Below are positions 21,031 through 30,716 of a DNA stretch of 64,000 nt, in pieces; position 1 is the stretch's first letter; each line of letters begins with the position of its first letter. The stretch lies in the NCBI GenBank assembly GCA_963722795.1, contig CAVROD010000003.1, positions 1,056 through 65,055 on the forward strand. The letters are read 5' to 3'. Source of the stretch: an uncultured Actinomycetes bacterium (lineage in GTDB: Bacteria > Actinomycetota > UBA4738 > HRBIN12). The translations under genes and the position numbers were made by a program. The notes below the pieces were generated by a model, which ran no database searches, had not been told where the DNA came from, and was given only the letters and a program-made list of their open reading frames with translations.

Positions 21031-22296
21031 ATGAGCGAACAGACCGGAGCCATGCAGGCGACCCACGCGGTCGGCGGTCTCGACGTCGAGGCGATCCGGC
21101 GCGACTTCCCGATCCTCGCGCGCACCGTTGGGGAGCATCCGCTCGTCTATCTCGACAGCGCGGCGACCTCCCACAAGCCGAACCAGGTCATCGACGCCGA
21201 GGCCGAGTTCTACCGGCGCCACAACGCGAACGCCCATCGTGGCCTCTACATGCTCGGCGAGGAGGCGACCCAGGCCTACGAGGGCGCGCGCGCGACCGTC
21301 GCCCGGTTCCTCGGTGCGTCCGATGCCGAGACGATCGTGTTCACGCGCGGGGTGACCGAATCCATGAACCTCGTCGCGCAGGGGTGGGGTCGAGCGCACC
21401 TGCGTGCGGGCGACGAGATCCTCATCACGGAGATGGAGCATCACTCCAACATCGTGCCGTGGCAGATGACCGCCGCGGCGACCGGCGCCACGCTGCGCTA
21501 TATCCCGCTCACCGACGACGGGCTGCTCGACCTCTCGCAGCTCGGGTCGCTGCTCACCGAGCGCACGAAGATCCTGAGCGTCACGGGCATGTCCAACGCC
21601 CTCGGCACCATCACGCCGCTGCGGCAGCTCGCCGATGCCGCGCATGCGGTCGGGGCGATCATCGCGGTCGACGCAGCCCAGCTCGCACCGCATTCGGCGA
21701 TCGACGTGCAGGCGCTCGACGTCGACCTGCTCGGCTTCACGGGCCACAAGATGCTCGGCCCCACGGCGAGCGGCGGGCTCTACGGCAAGGGCGAGGTGCT
21801 CGAGGCGATGCAGCCGATGCTCGGGGGCGGCGAGATGATCAACGAGGTCTTCCACGACCACAGCACCTACAAGTCAGCGCCGTTCAAGTTCGAAGCGGGC
21901 ACGATGCCGATCGCCCAGCAGGTCGGGCTCGCCGCCGCGATCGACTACCTCGAAGGACTGGGCATGGCGAACGTGCGAGCCCACGAAGAGGAGATCACGC
22001 GCTACGCCCTCGATCGCCTGCTCGACGCCGGGGCGACCGTGTACGGCCCGAAGGACGCCAGCATCCGAGGCGGCGCGGTGAGCTTCTGGTTCAAGGACGT
22101 GCATCCGCACGATCTCGCGACGATCCTCAACGAGCAGGGAGTGGCGATCAGGGCCGGTCACCACTGCGCCCAACTCGTGATGCGCCGCTACGGTGTGGCG
22201 GCGACCGCGCGCGCGTCGTTCTACGTCTACAACACGAAGGAAGAGGTCGACGCGCTCGTCGAGTCGCTCGACCGCGCGCAGGACATCTTCAGCTGA
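21031..22296 (+). CDS. sufS: Cysteine desulfurase SufS
   Basis: In-frame ATG 21031 within ORF 20929..22296. YLDSAATSHKP, PLP lysine region FTGHKMLGPT, active-site RAGHHCAQ. Confidence 0.93.
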   Translation: MSEQTGAMQATHAVGGLDVEAIRRDFPILARTVGEHPLVYLDSAATSHKPNQVIDAEAEFYRRHNANAHRGLYMLGEEATQAYEGARATVARFLGASDAETIVFTRGVTESMNLVAQGWGRAHLRAGDEILITEMEHHSNIVPWQMTAAATGATLRYIPLTDDGLLDLSQLGSLLTERTKILSVTGMSNALGTITPLRQLADAAHAVGAIIAVDAAQLAPHSAIDVQALDVDLLGFTGHKMLGPTASGGLYGKGEVLEAMQPMLGGGEMINEVFHDHSTYKSAPFKFEAGTMPIAQQVGLAAAIDYLEGLGMANVRAHEEEITRYALDRLLDAGATVYGPKDASIRGGAVSFWFKDVHPHDLATILNEQGVAIRAGHHCAQLVMRRYGVAATARASFYVYNTKEEVDALVESLDRAQDIFS

Positions 22297-22324
22297 GATC
22301 GATCTCGCGAACAGAGAGGGAACC

Positions 22325-22780
22325 GTGGCGCTCGACGACATCTACAAGGAAGTCATCCTCGATCACTACAAGAACCCGCGGAACAAGCGGGAGCTGCCGG
22401 GCGCCGAGCTGCAGTGCCACGCCAACAACCCGCTCTGCGGCGACGAGATCACCGTCTTCGCCCACGTCGAGGGCGGCACCGTCGCCGAGGTGACGTTCCA
22501 GGGGGCGGGGTGTTCGATCAGCCAGTCCAGCGCGTCGATGATGACCGAGGCCGTGACCGGCGCGAGCATCGACGAGGCGCTGGCGATGGCGGGCCGGTTC
22601 CGCGGCATGATGGCCGGCGAGGTCGAGCCCGACGAGGACGCGTTCGGCGACCTCGTGGCGCTGAAGGGGGTCGTGCAGTACCCGATCCGCATCAAGTGCG
22701 CCGTGCTCGCCTGGGACGTGCTGCAGGACGCCCTCGACGGCGCCGGCGAGGCGAGCGGCGCGCAGCCCCACGCCGTCTAA
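22325..22780 (+). CDS. sufU: SufU-type Fe-S/sulfur transfer protein
   Basis: GTG 22325. NPLCGDEI, GAGCSISQSS and IKCAVLAWD are the three conserved Cys regions. Confidence 0.9.
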   Translation: MALDDIYKEVILDHYKNPRNKRELPGAELQCHANNPLCGDEITVFAHVEGGTVAEVTFQGAGCSISQSSASMMTEAVTGASIDEALAMAGRFRGMMAGEVEPDEDAFGDLVALKGVVQYPIRIKCAVLAWDVLQDALDGAGEASGAQPHAV

Positions 22781-22790
22781 GCTTCGCGGC

Positions 22791-24614
22791 GTGACCGTCT
22801 CGCCGCCACGACGCTTCGCCCGCCCGCTGGCGACGCTCGCCCTGACGATGGGCGTGCTGCTCCTCGTCGTCGCCGCTCCCGCCGCCGCCCAGGTCGGCGA
22901 GCGCATCGTCGACTACGACGTCGACATCACGATCGGCGACGACGGCACGCTCACCGTCGTGGAGACGATCGACTACGACTTCGGACCGTCCCGCCGCCAC
23001 GGCATCCTGCGCGACATCCCGACCCGCCTGCACTACGACGACACGTATGACCGTGTGTACCCGCTCGACGTGCGGCAGGTGCGAGCGAGCGAAGGCACGC
23101 CCGCCGACTACGCGGTCGAGTCGGTGTCGGGGGGCATCACGCGCATCCGCGTCGGCGACGCCGACATCGAGATCTCCGGCCGCCACACCTACGAGCTCAC
23201 GTACACGGTGGAGGCCGCCCTCAACGGGTTCAGCGACCACGACGAGCTGTATTGGAACGCCATCGGCACGGAGTGGTCCGCGCCCATCGAGGCCGCCACG
23301 GTCACCGTGCGAGCGCCCGCCGAGATCACCGAGGTGGCATGTTTCCAGGGGTACGAGGGGTCGACCCTTCCCTGTGACAAGGCGGTCGTGCGTGGCGCCG
23401 AGTCGCGGTTCGCACACGGCGCGCTCGGTCCGTACAGCGGGGTCACCGTCGTCGTGGGGTTGCCGAAGGGGGCCGTGCCCGAGCCGACGCCGGTGCTCGA
23501 GGAACGCTGGTCGCTTGGCCGCGCGTTCGAGGCGACGCCCGCCACCTTGGGGGGCACCGCCGTGGTGGGGCTCGCGGCGATCGGCGGGGTGATCGCACTC
23601 GTCTGGCGGCGAGGCCGCGACCGGCGCTACCGCGGCTCGCAGGTCGACCAGGTGATGGGCAACCCCACGGGCGAGGCGCAGACGGTGCCGCTCGGCGAGG
23701 CCGATGCGACGGCGCCCGTCGAGTTCGCGCCGCCCGACGACCTGCGGCCGGGCCAGATGGGCACGCTGATCGACGAGCAGGCCAACGTGCTCGACGTGTC
23801 TGCGACACTCGTCGACCTCGCGGTACGGGGGCACCTGCTGATCCAGGAGATCCCGAAGGACGGATGGTTCGGCAAGCCCGACTGGCGACTGATCCGGCTG
23901 GAGCGGCCCGACGACGACCTGCTGACGTACGAGCGACGTTTGCTGAACGGCCTGTTCCGCGACGGCACCGAGGTCACGATCTCGGAGCTGAAGAACACGT
24001 TCGCGGCTCGGCTCGTGGGCGTGCAGGAGTCGCTGTATGCAGACGCGGTGCAGCGAGGCTGGTTCTCGGCGCGACCCGACAAGGTGCGCAGCCGGTGGTA
24101 CGGCCTGGGAGTGCTGGCCTTGATCCTCGCCGGCGGCGTGGCGTTCGTGCTCGCCGCCTTCACGCATTGGGGGCTCCTCGGCCTGCCGCTCATCGCGGGC
24201 GCCGTGCTGCTGCTGTTCGCGGCCAGGCGCATGCCCGCCCGCACCGCCAAGGGCACGGCACTGCTGCGGCGCGTGCGCGGGTTCCGCACGGTCATCGAGA
24301 CCGCCGAGACCCACATGTCGCGGTGGGCCGAGAAGGAGATGGTCTTCACGCGATTCCTGCCGTTCGCCATCGTCTTCGGATGCACCGACAAGTGGGCGAA
24401 GGCGTTCGAATCCCTCGGCGTGCAGCCCGACACGAGCTGGTACATCTCGACGCATCCGTTCGTGTTCACGCAGTTCGCCCACTCGATGGAGGGCTTCGCG
24501 GTCACGACCGGGGGCACGATCGCCTCCACCCCGTCGGGGTCGGGCTCGAGCGGCTTCTCCGGGGGCGGATTCTCCGGCGGCGGCGGCGGCGGCGGAGGCG
24601 GCGGCAGCTGGTAG
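22791..24614 (+). CDS. DUF2207-family membrane protein with poly-Gly C-terminus
   Basis: Signal/TM at the N-terminus. DUF2207-like ERIVDYDVDITIGDDGTLTVVETIDYDFG..RHGILRDIP. Internal TM helices. Ends GGGFSGGGGGGGGGGSW. Confidence 0.8.
   Translation: MTVSPPRRFARPLATLALTMGVLLLVVAAPAAAQVGERIVDYDVDITIGDDGTLTVVETIDYDFGPSRRHGILRDIPTRLHYDDTYDRVYPLDVRQVRASEGTPADYAVESVSGGITRIRVGDADIEISGRHTYELTYTVEAALNGFSDHDELYWNAIGTEWSAPIEAATVTVRAPAEITEVACFQGYEGSTLPCDKAVVRGAESRFAHGALGPYSGVTVVVGLPKGAVPEPTPVLEERWSLGRAFEATPATLGGTAVVGLAAIGGVIALVWRRGRDRRYRGSQVDQVMGNPTGEAQTVPLGEADATAPVEFAPPDDLRPGQMGTLIDEQANVLDVSATLVDLAVRGHLLIQEIPKDGWFGKPDWRLIRLERPDDDLLTYERRLLNGLFRDGTEVTISELKNTFAARLVGVQESLYADAVQRGWFSARPDKVRSRWYGLGVLALILAGGVAFVLAAFTHWGLLGLPLIAGAVLLLFAARRMPARTAKGTALLRRVRGFRTVIETAETHMSRWAEKEMVFTRFLPFAIVFGCTDKWAKAFESLGVQPDTSWYISTHPFVFTQFAHSMEGFAVTTGGTIASTPSGSGSSGFSGGGFSGGGGGGGGGGSW
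24576..24605 (+). repeat. (GGN)10 trinucleotide tract encoding the poly-Gly tail of DUF2207 protein A
   Basis: Ten consecutive Gly codons (ggc x6, gga, ggc x3) directly before agc tgg tag. Confidence 0.9.
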
Positions 24615-24666
24615 TTCGCGGCTCTCACGGGTTCCCTCGTGGGGGAACCCGTGAGACGCTGCGCGC

Positions 24667-26703
24667 ATGGGTCGGATCGCCACCCGGGCTTCGCGCGCCG
24701 CACTCGCCGCCACGGCGCTCATCGTCGTGCTCGCGCCGCCGGCATCGTCGAAGTCCTACGACTTCCCTCGGGTGCGCATCGACGCGACCGTCACCCCCGA
24801 CGGCAGCTTGCTGTTGATCGAGCGCCGGACGTTCCAGTTCCGGGGGCGGTTCACCGACGCGGAGTTCACGATCGACTGGCCGAGCGATCTGATCGAAGGA
24901 CTCACCGTTTCGGAGGCGGGCGAGCGCGTGGCCGTGCAGGTGGTCGGTGACGAGACTTCCACCACGGCGACCTGGCACTACACGGCACGGAACGAGCGCC
25001 GGACGTGGACGATCAGCTACCGGGCTGAGTGCGCCGTGCGCACGTACCGGGACGCCGCGCACCTGCTCTGGCGCTTCGTCGGGCGTTGGGGTGTGCCGAC
25101 CGACCTCGTCGAGGTGACGATCCACCTGCCGGAGGCCGCCCGCCAGGTCGGGCAGCGTCCGAGCACCTGCCCGCCCCGCGACCTCTCCACGCTGGCGCCG
25201 ACCAGGCCCCTCCGGGAGCGTGAGGTCCGCGCATGGGGGCACGGCCCTCTGCACGGCGTCGTCGACATCCCGGAACCCGACACGGTGACGCTCACGGTGC
25301 GAGGGCTGCGGGGCGACCAGTACGTCGAGGGCTCCGTGCTCGCGCCACCTGAGATCGTGCCCGCGGCACGAGCCTCGGATCGCGCGGCCTACGATCGCAT
25401 CCTGCGGGTCGAACGCCGGCTGGCCGATCGTGCCAACGAGGCTCGCGATCGGGCCGAAGCACGCGCGGCCCTGCGTGCGGAGCGCCGCGAGGCCGAGCGG
25501 CTGGCCGCCCTCGAGCGGGAACGCCGGCGACGCGATGCCGCCAACCGGTCGTCGTGGATCGTCGCGATCGGTGGCCTGCTCGCCGGCGTCGTCCTGGTGC
25601 TGCTCGCCAGGCGTCGCGACCGCGTCCCGGACCTTCCCGAGGTTGTGCGGGAGCCGCCCGAGGCGATCCATCCGGTGTCGCTCGCGATCCCTTGGCACGC
25701 GTATCGGCGAGCGCCGGGTGCGAAGGCGGCCTATCGCGCCCAACTGTTGCACCTCGCCTCGGAGGGCATCATCGACGTGCGGGCGACGGGCAGCGTGAGC
25801 GACCCCGACGACCTCACGCTGCGGCTTCGTCGACGTCCCGACGACGACGGGCCCGATCGGGACTTCGTGGCCTTCCTCTTCCCCGACGACGAACTCGAGG
25901 ACGCACCCGTATCGCTGTCGGCCCTGCGCGCGGCCGGCGCCGATGGCGTCGTGTTGCGGCGGTGGTGGACCAACGCGCTGCATCCGGTCGCGGGGGTCCT
26001 CGACCGCATCCGACGCGGGCGGGTACGGTTCGAGACGGTGGTGGCGGGCGTGCTCGGCATCGGGCTCGCGATCCGCGGACTCGTCGCGTTGCTCGGCGCT
26101 GGGGCGGAGGCGGGTGCGGTCGCGATCGCCGCCGGGATCGTGATCTGGCTCGGGGTGTCGCGGTTCGTGCCGCCCCGTCTCGATGCGCACGACCGAGCGA
26201 GCTTCGCCCGTTGGGCCGGGTTCCGTCGCTACCTGCGTGACTTCTCGAACCTGCACGAGGCCCCGACGATGGCCGTCACGATCTGGCAGCACTACCTCGT
26301 GTGGGCCGTCGCGCTCGACATCGCCGACGAGGTCGAGAAGCAGGTGCGGGCGCTCGTGCCTCCGGAAGCGATGCCCGCCCCGTGGCCGGGCGGGCCCGCT
26401 GGGCTCGATGCCCTGCGATGGGGCACCCTCTCGTCGGTGCACGTGCCGTCGTTCGCCGGTTCCTGGTTCGGGCTGAGCGGAGGCGGCTGGGGTGGGGGAT
26501 CGTCGTTCGCCGGATCCGGCGCGGGTTCGGCGAGCGGCCACGGGGTGTGGTCGGGACCGGGCATGGGTGGCCCGAGTTCGGGTGGCGGCTTGGGCGGGGG
26601 ATTCTCCGGCGGCTTCGGAGGAGGAGGCGGAGGCGGCGGAGGCGGCGGTGGCGGCGGAGGCGGCGGAGGCGGAGGCGGAGGCACGTCCGGCGGGGCGAGC
26701 TGA
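24667..26703 (+). CDS. Second DUF2207-family membrane protein with Arg/Glu coiled segment and long poly-Gly tail
   Basis: N-terminal signal. DUF2207-like PRVRIDATVTPDGSLLLIERRTFQF. Charged helix RANEARDRAEARAALRAERREAERLAALERERRRR. TM helices. Gly-rich C-terminus. Confidence 0.75.
   Translation: MGRIATRASRAALAATALIVVLAPPASSKSYDFPRVRIDATVTPDGSLLLIERRTFQFRGRFTDAEFTIDWPSDLIEGLTVSEAGERVAVQVVGDETSTTATWHYTARNERRTWTISYRAECAVRTYRDAAHLLWRFVGRWGVPTDLVEVTIHLPEAARQVGQRPSTCPPRDLSTLAPTRPLREREVRAWGHGPLHGVVDIPEPDTVTLTVRGLRGDQYVEGSVLAPPEIVPAARASDRAAYDRILRVERRLADRANEARDRAEARAALRAERREAERLAALERERRRRDAANRSSWIVAIGGLLAGVVLVLLARRRDRVPDLPEVVREPPEAIHPVSLAIPWHAYRRAPGAKAAYRAQLLHLASEGIIDVRATGSVSDPDDLTLRLRRRPDDDGPDRDFVAFLFPDDELEDAPVSLSALRAAGADGVVLRRWWTNALHPVAGVLDRIRRGRVRFETVVAGVLGIGLAIRGLVALLGAGAEAGAVAIAAGIVIWLGVSRFVPPRLDAHDRASFARWAGFRRYLRDFSNLHEAPTMAVTIWQHYLVWAVALDIADEVEKQVRALVPPEAMPAPWPGGPAGLDALRWGTLSSVHVPSFAGSWFGLSGGGWGGGSSFAGSGAGSASGHGVWSGPGMGGPSSGGGLGGGFSGGFGGGGGGGGGGGGGGGGGGGGGGTSGGAS
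26617..26682 (+). repeat. (GGN)22 trinucleotide tract encoding the poly-Gly tail of DUF2207 protein B
   Basis: 22 consecutive gga/ggc/ggt codons counted from the sequence. The antisense reading gives the spurious poly-Pro ORF 26292..26684. Confidence 0.9.
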
Positions 26704-26743
26704 TGCCCGGCGGCGCGTGGCGTTTCCGTAGCATGGTCCGGAC

Positions 26744-27730
26744 ATGCGCATCGTGTTCAGCGAGGACGGGCAGGACTTCCACCGGCGGGGGTGGCACGAG
26801 CTCGTCCAGGCCGACCCCGCCGGCACGTTCTTCCACACGCCCGCGTTCCTGAAGCTCTACTGGGAAGAGTTCGGCGAGACGCCCGATCACCTGCTGCTCG
26901 CCTTCGCCGAGGAAGACGACGGCACGCAGGTCGGTGCGGTCGCGTTCGAGCGCATCGGGGAGTCGCTGCGATTCCTGGGCGGCACCGAGGTCACCGACTA
27001 CATGGGCCCGGTCGGCGTGCCCGAGCGACAGGACGCGATGGCCAAGGAGCTGTGGACCGCGCTGCTCACCCGCGACGACTGGCGCGCCGCCGACCTGCGA
27101 GGCCTGCCCGAGGACCAGCCGTGGTTCGGCCTGCTGCGTGATGCGGCGAGCGCTCAGGGTCTCGGGGTGACCGAGGAAGACGACGGGGTCTCGCCCTTCC
27201 TGCCGCTTCCGTCGTCGTGGGCCGACTACCTGGCGGCGTTGACGTCGAAGCACCGCCACGAGATCAAACGCAAGGCTCGCAAGCTCGTCGAGGAAGCCGG
27301 CGAGTTCCGCATCGTCACGGCCGACGACGAGACGCTCACCCCCTTGCTCGACCGCTTCGTGGAGCTGCATCGCATGTCGGAGGGACCCAAGGGCGTCTTC
27401 ATGGTGCCGGGCATGGAGATCTTCTTCCGCCGGCTCGGCGAGGCGTTCTGCGCCCAGGGGGTGTTCCGACTCACGTTCATCGAGGTGGGCGGCCAGCTCG
27501 CCGCGGGCACGATCGGCTTCGTGTGGGGGGGCACGTCGTACCTGTACAACTCCGCCTTTGACCGCTCGTGGGGTACCCTCGCGCCGGGCATGGTGCTCGT
27601 CGGCGAGGACATCCGGCTCGCGATCGAAGAAGGCTGCTCGGGGTTCGACCTGCTGAAGGGCGACTACGAGTACAAGTACCGGTTCGGGTCGTCGGCCCGG
27701 GCCGTGAAACGCCTGGTCGTCACTCGCTGA
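26744..27730 (+). CDS. GNAT-family acetyltransferase, CelD/BcsL (FemAB-like) type
   Basis: FHTPAFLKLYWEEFG at the N-terminus, SKHRHEIKRKARKL, GFVWGGTSYLYNSAFD, DLLKGDYEYKYRFG at the C-terminus. Confidence 0.75.
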   Translation: MRIVFSEDGQDFHRRGWHELVQADPAGTFFHTPAFLKLYWEEFGETPDHLLLAFAEEDDGTQVGAVAFERIGESLRFLGGTEVTDYMGPVGVPERQDAMAKELWTALLTRDDWRAADLRGLPEDQPWFGLLRDAASAQGLGVTEEDDGVSPFLPLPSSWADYLAALTSKHRHEIKRKARKLVEEAGEFRIVTADDETLTPLLDRFVELHRMSEGPKGVFMVPGMEIFFRRLGEAFCAQGVFRLTFIEVGGQLAAGTIGFVWGGTSYLYNSAFDRSWGTLAPGMVLVGEDIRLAIEEGCSGFDLLKGDYEYKYRFGSSARAVKRLVVTR

Positions 27731-27754
27731 GGCGTCGAGAAGCCTCGCGCCGGC

Positions 27755-28606
27755 TCACGGGAACGCGCGCAGGTGGCGCAGCACGGTGTCGGCGAGCAGG
27801 CGGTCGCCCCCGAGCACGACGTTGCCCGAGAGGAGCACGTCGTCGGGCTTCAGGCGCTGGCCCGCCACGAGGGCGAGCTGCGGCGCACGGCCCACGATCG
27901 TGGCGTCGGGCTTCTTCCGGGCGGACGGCGACTCTCCCGAGCCGAGCCCCCAATGCCAGTCGCCCTGGCCGGCGCCGTCGACCTGCACGCGCACGCTCCT
28001 GCCCGCCAGGTCGTAGCCGGATCGGCCGAGCGACCAGGGCAGCATGCGCACCGCGAGGTCGATCGTGAGATGGATGGGCCAGTGTTGGATCTGCGGCCCG
28101 AGCCCGTTGGTGGCGCGCACGTCCTCGCCGTGCAGCCACCACTCCACCGTTCGGGTCTGCACGAGGTAGCGCGCGGCGATCGGGCCGGCCACGTAGTCGT
28201 AGCGCTTCGAGGCCCAATCGTCGTCGGAGACCGTGGCGCAATGCGCCAGGAAGGACCCGGCGGCTTGGCCCCACAGCGTCAACACCTCGCGGGTGTCGAG
28301 CCCGGAGCGCCGGTTCACCGTCCAGGCGTTGAACGCATCGATGTCGAACGGGCCGTCTGGGTGGTCGGCGCGCCACTCGTCGAGCTCGGCGGGTGGCTCA
28401 CCGGCGGCGAGCTGCGCGGCGATGGTGTCCCCGGCGGCCAGGTGCGCGAACACGTCGCGGTTCCACCATCCCTCGGCTGCGCTCGGCTGCTCCCATGAGG
28501 CCGGATCGGCGTACTGGACCGTGCGCCCAAGGCGCTGGCGCTCGGCGTGCGCGACGCCCAGCAGCTCCTCGCGATCAAGGCTCACGGCGACCTCCTCGTC
28601 CGGCAC
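27755..28606 (-). CDS. DinB/MDMPI-family (mycothiol-dependent maleylpyruvate isomerase-like) protein
   Basis: N-terminal LLGVAHAERQRLGRTVQYADPASWEQPSAAEGWWNRDVFAHLAAGD resembles the MDMPI_N/DinB_2 fold. The C-terminal half is unassigned. Confidence 0.65.
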   Translation of the reverse strand: MPDEEVAVSLDREELLGVAHAERQRLGRTVQYADPASWEQPSAAEGWWNRDVFAHLAAGDTIAAQLAAGEPPAELDEWRADHPDGPFDIDAFNAWTVNRRSGLDTREVLTLWGQAAGSFLAHCATVSDDDWASKRYDYVAGPIAARYLVQTRTVEWWLHGEDVRATNGLGPQIQHWPIHLTIDLAVRMLPWSLGRSGYDLAGRSVRVQVDGAGQGDWHWGLGSGESPSARKKPDATIVGRAPQLALVAGQRLKPDDVLLSGNVVLGGDRLLADTVLRHLRAFP

Positions 28607-28650
28607 GGGGCGACCCCCCGACCCACGGCGCGGATTGTACAGTCCGACCC

Positions 28651-29783
28651 GTGCGCATCCTCGTGGCCCCCGACAAGTTCCGCGGCACGTTGACGGCCCG
28701 TCAGGCAGCGGAGGCCGTCGCGACCGGGTGGCAACGGACCCGCCCCGGCGACGAGCTCGACCTCGTACCGATGGCCGACGGCGGCGAAGGCACCATGCAG
28801 GCGCTCACGCAGGCGCTCGGGGGTCGCATCGTGCCTGCGTCGGTGACCGGACCCCTCGGCGACCCGGTGGATGCGGCATTCGGCCTCGCGACCTCGCCCG
28901 ATGGCGTGCTCGGTGTCGATCGAGATGGCCACGGCCTCGGGCCTCGCCCTCGTTCCCGAGGCGCGGCGCGACGTGCTCGTGGCGACGACGCGTGGCACCG
29001 GCGAGCTGATGGCCCTCGCCATCGACGCGGGCGCCGACCGGCTCGTCGTGTGCATCGGGGGCAGCGCCACGAATGACGGCGGGGCCGGCATGGCAGCGGC
29101 GCTCGGCGCTCGCCTGCTCGACGCGTCGGGCGCGCCCCTGGGCGACGGGGGCCAGGCGCTCGCCGGGCTCGCGCACATCGACCTCACGCCCCTGCATCCG
29201 GGGCTCGCGAGGGTCTCGGTCGTCGGCGCCTGCGACGTGAACAACCCGCTCACCGGCCCCTCGGGGGCGAGCGCCGTCTACGGTCCGCAGAAGGGCGCTT
29301 CGCCCGACGACGTCGCGGCGCTCGATCGCGCGCTCGGGCATCTGGCGGCCGTGGTGCAGCGCGACCTCGGCGTCGACCTACGCGATGAGCCCGGCGCCGG
29401 GGCGGCCGGCGGCCTCGGGTTCGGACTGCTCGCGTTCTGCGGCGCCCGTCTGCGCCCGGGGGTCGAGGTCGTCATGGACGCCGTCGGGTTGGCGCAGCGC
29501 ATCGCCGAGGCCGACCTCGTCCTCACGGGCGAGGGGTCGCTCGACGAGCAGTCGCTGCACGGCAAGGTGCCGGCGGGGGTGCTCGCGACGTGCGAGCTCG
29601 CCGGTGTGCCCGCCGCCATCGTGTGCGGCCGGGCGACCATCGAGGTGCCGGGCGTGCCGGTCGATCTCGCTCACCGACCGGGTGGGGGAGCGCGCGGCGC
29701 TCGCCGAGGCGCGGCCGTCGCTGGTGGCCGCCGCACAGGACCTCGCCGCTCGTGCCGACGACCTCGTCGGGGCGGCACGGTGA
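28651..29783 (+). pseudogene. Glycerate kinase, two frameshifts
   Basis: VRILVAPDKFRGTLTA..MADGGEGT (frame of ORF 28393), IEMATASGL..GGSATNDGGAGMAAALG..LVLTGEGSLDEQS (frame of ORF 28871), ISLTDRVGERAAL..stop (frame of ORF 29385). Shifts near 28918 and 29663, both at GTCGATC. Confidence 0.85.
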
Positions 29784-30262
29784 GCGGAGCGATCGATCGG
29801 TTCACCGAGGCCGCGCGCGCCCTCGGGCTGCAGCCGGAGGTGCGACGGTTCCCCGAAGGCACGAAGACGGCCGTCGATGCCGCGAACGCGATCGGCTGCG
29901 ATGTGGGGCAGATCGTGAAGTCGCTCGTCTTCATGGCCGGCGACGAACCGGTGCTGGCGCTCACGTCGGGTGCGAACCGCGTGGACGAGGGCAAGCTGGC
30001 GGCGGTTGCCGGTGCCGGGTCGGCGCGCCGGGCGACCCCCGAGGAAGCCCGCACGGCCACGGGATTCGCCGTCGGCGGCACCCCGCCGCTCTACGGAACC
30101 GGCTCGCGAGACCGGCTCATGGCGTTCGTCGATCCCGACCTCCTGGCGTTCGACGTCGTATGGGCCGCGGCTGGAACGCCCGATTCTGTCTTCCCGCTGT
30201 CGCCCGACGACCTCGTGCGCGTCAGCGCAGGCACGATCGCGGCATTCGCTCACCCTGCCTGA
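29780..30262 (+). CDS. YbaK/ProX-type aminoacyl-tRNA editing domain protein
   Basis: GTG 29780 overlaps the glycerate kinase stop (GTGA). AIGCDVGQIVKSLVF, TGFAVGGTPP. Confidence 0.8.
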   Translation: MSGAIDRFTEAARALGLQPEVRRFPEGTKTAVDAANAIGCDVGQIVKSLVFMAGDEPVLALTSGANRVDEGKLAAVAGAGSARRATPEEARTATGFAVGGTPPLYGTGSRDRLMAFVDPDLLAFDVVWAAAGTPDSVFPLSPDDLVRVSAGTIAAFAHPA

Positions 30263-30359
30263 CGATCATCTCGGGTGGCGATGGCGTGGGTTCGGGCGTT
30301 CTGCGGGTAGGATATGGAGGTCTACCCCGACCTCTCTTACCTGGCAAGACGGAGGAACG

Positions 30360-30680
30360 ATGATCTCGCTCACTGAAACCGCGGCCGGCAAGGTCAAGGA
30401 GCTGCTCGAAGAGGAAGGCCGCGCCGACATCGCCCTGCGGGTCGCCGTGCAGCCGGGTGGGTGCTCGGGACTGCGCTACGCGATGTACCTCGACGACCAG
30501 ATCACCGAGAAGGACCAGGCCGAGGAGCAGTACGGCGTGCGGCTCGTGATCGACAAGATGAGCGTGCCCTACCTCTCGCAGGCCACGATCGACTTCGTCG
30601 ACTCGCTCGAGCAGACCGGGTTCACGATCGACAACCCCGCCGCCCAGGGCGGCTGCGCCTGCGGCAACTCGTTCCACTGA
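30360..30680 (+). CDS. HesB/IscA-family Fe-S cluster insertion protein
   Basis: ATG 30360 with GGAGGAA upstream. GGCSGLRY and C-terminal CACGNSF. Confidence 0.9.
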   Translation: MISLTETAAGKVKELLEEEGRADIALRVAVQPGGCSGLRYAMYLDDQITEKDQAEEQYGVRLVIDKMSVPYLSQATIDFVDSLEQTGFTIDNPAAQGGCACGNSFH

Positions 30681-30689
30681 GCCAACTGC

Positions 30690-30706
30690 GGCGCGCCGGT
30701 CGCGCC
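30690..30706. terminator. Weak GC hairpin between convergent iscA-like and aminotransferase genes
   Basis: GGCGCG-ccggt-CGCGCC, a 6-bp stem with no U tract. Only a candidate bidirectional terminator. Confidence 0.2.
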
Positions 30707-30716
30707 CGGCCCGTCC

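Noticed and set aside
26575-26692. Repetitive GGN/GGC tract as a CRISPR or other spaced repeat array
   Set aside because: It is a simple trinucleotide coding repeat inside an ORF. It has no spacers, no repeat-spacer periodicity and no cas genes.
22692-26838. Long minus-strand ORFs 22692..24722 (676 aa) and 24625..26838 (737 aa), plus the poly-Pro ORF 26292..26684
   Set aside because: They are antisense to the two DUF2207 genes. The poly-Pro run is simply the complement of the (GGN)n tract.
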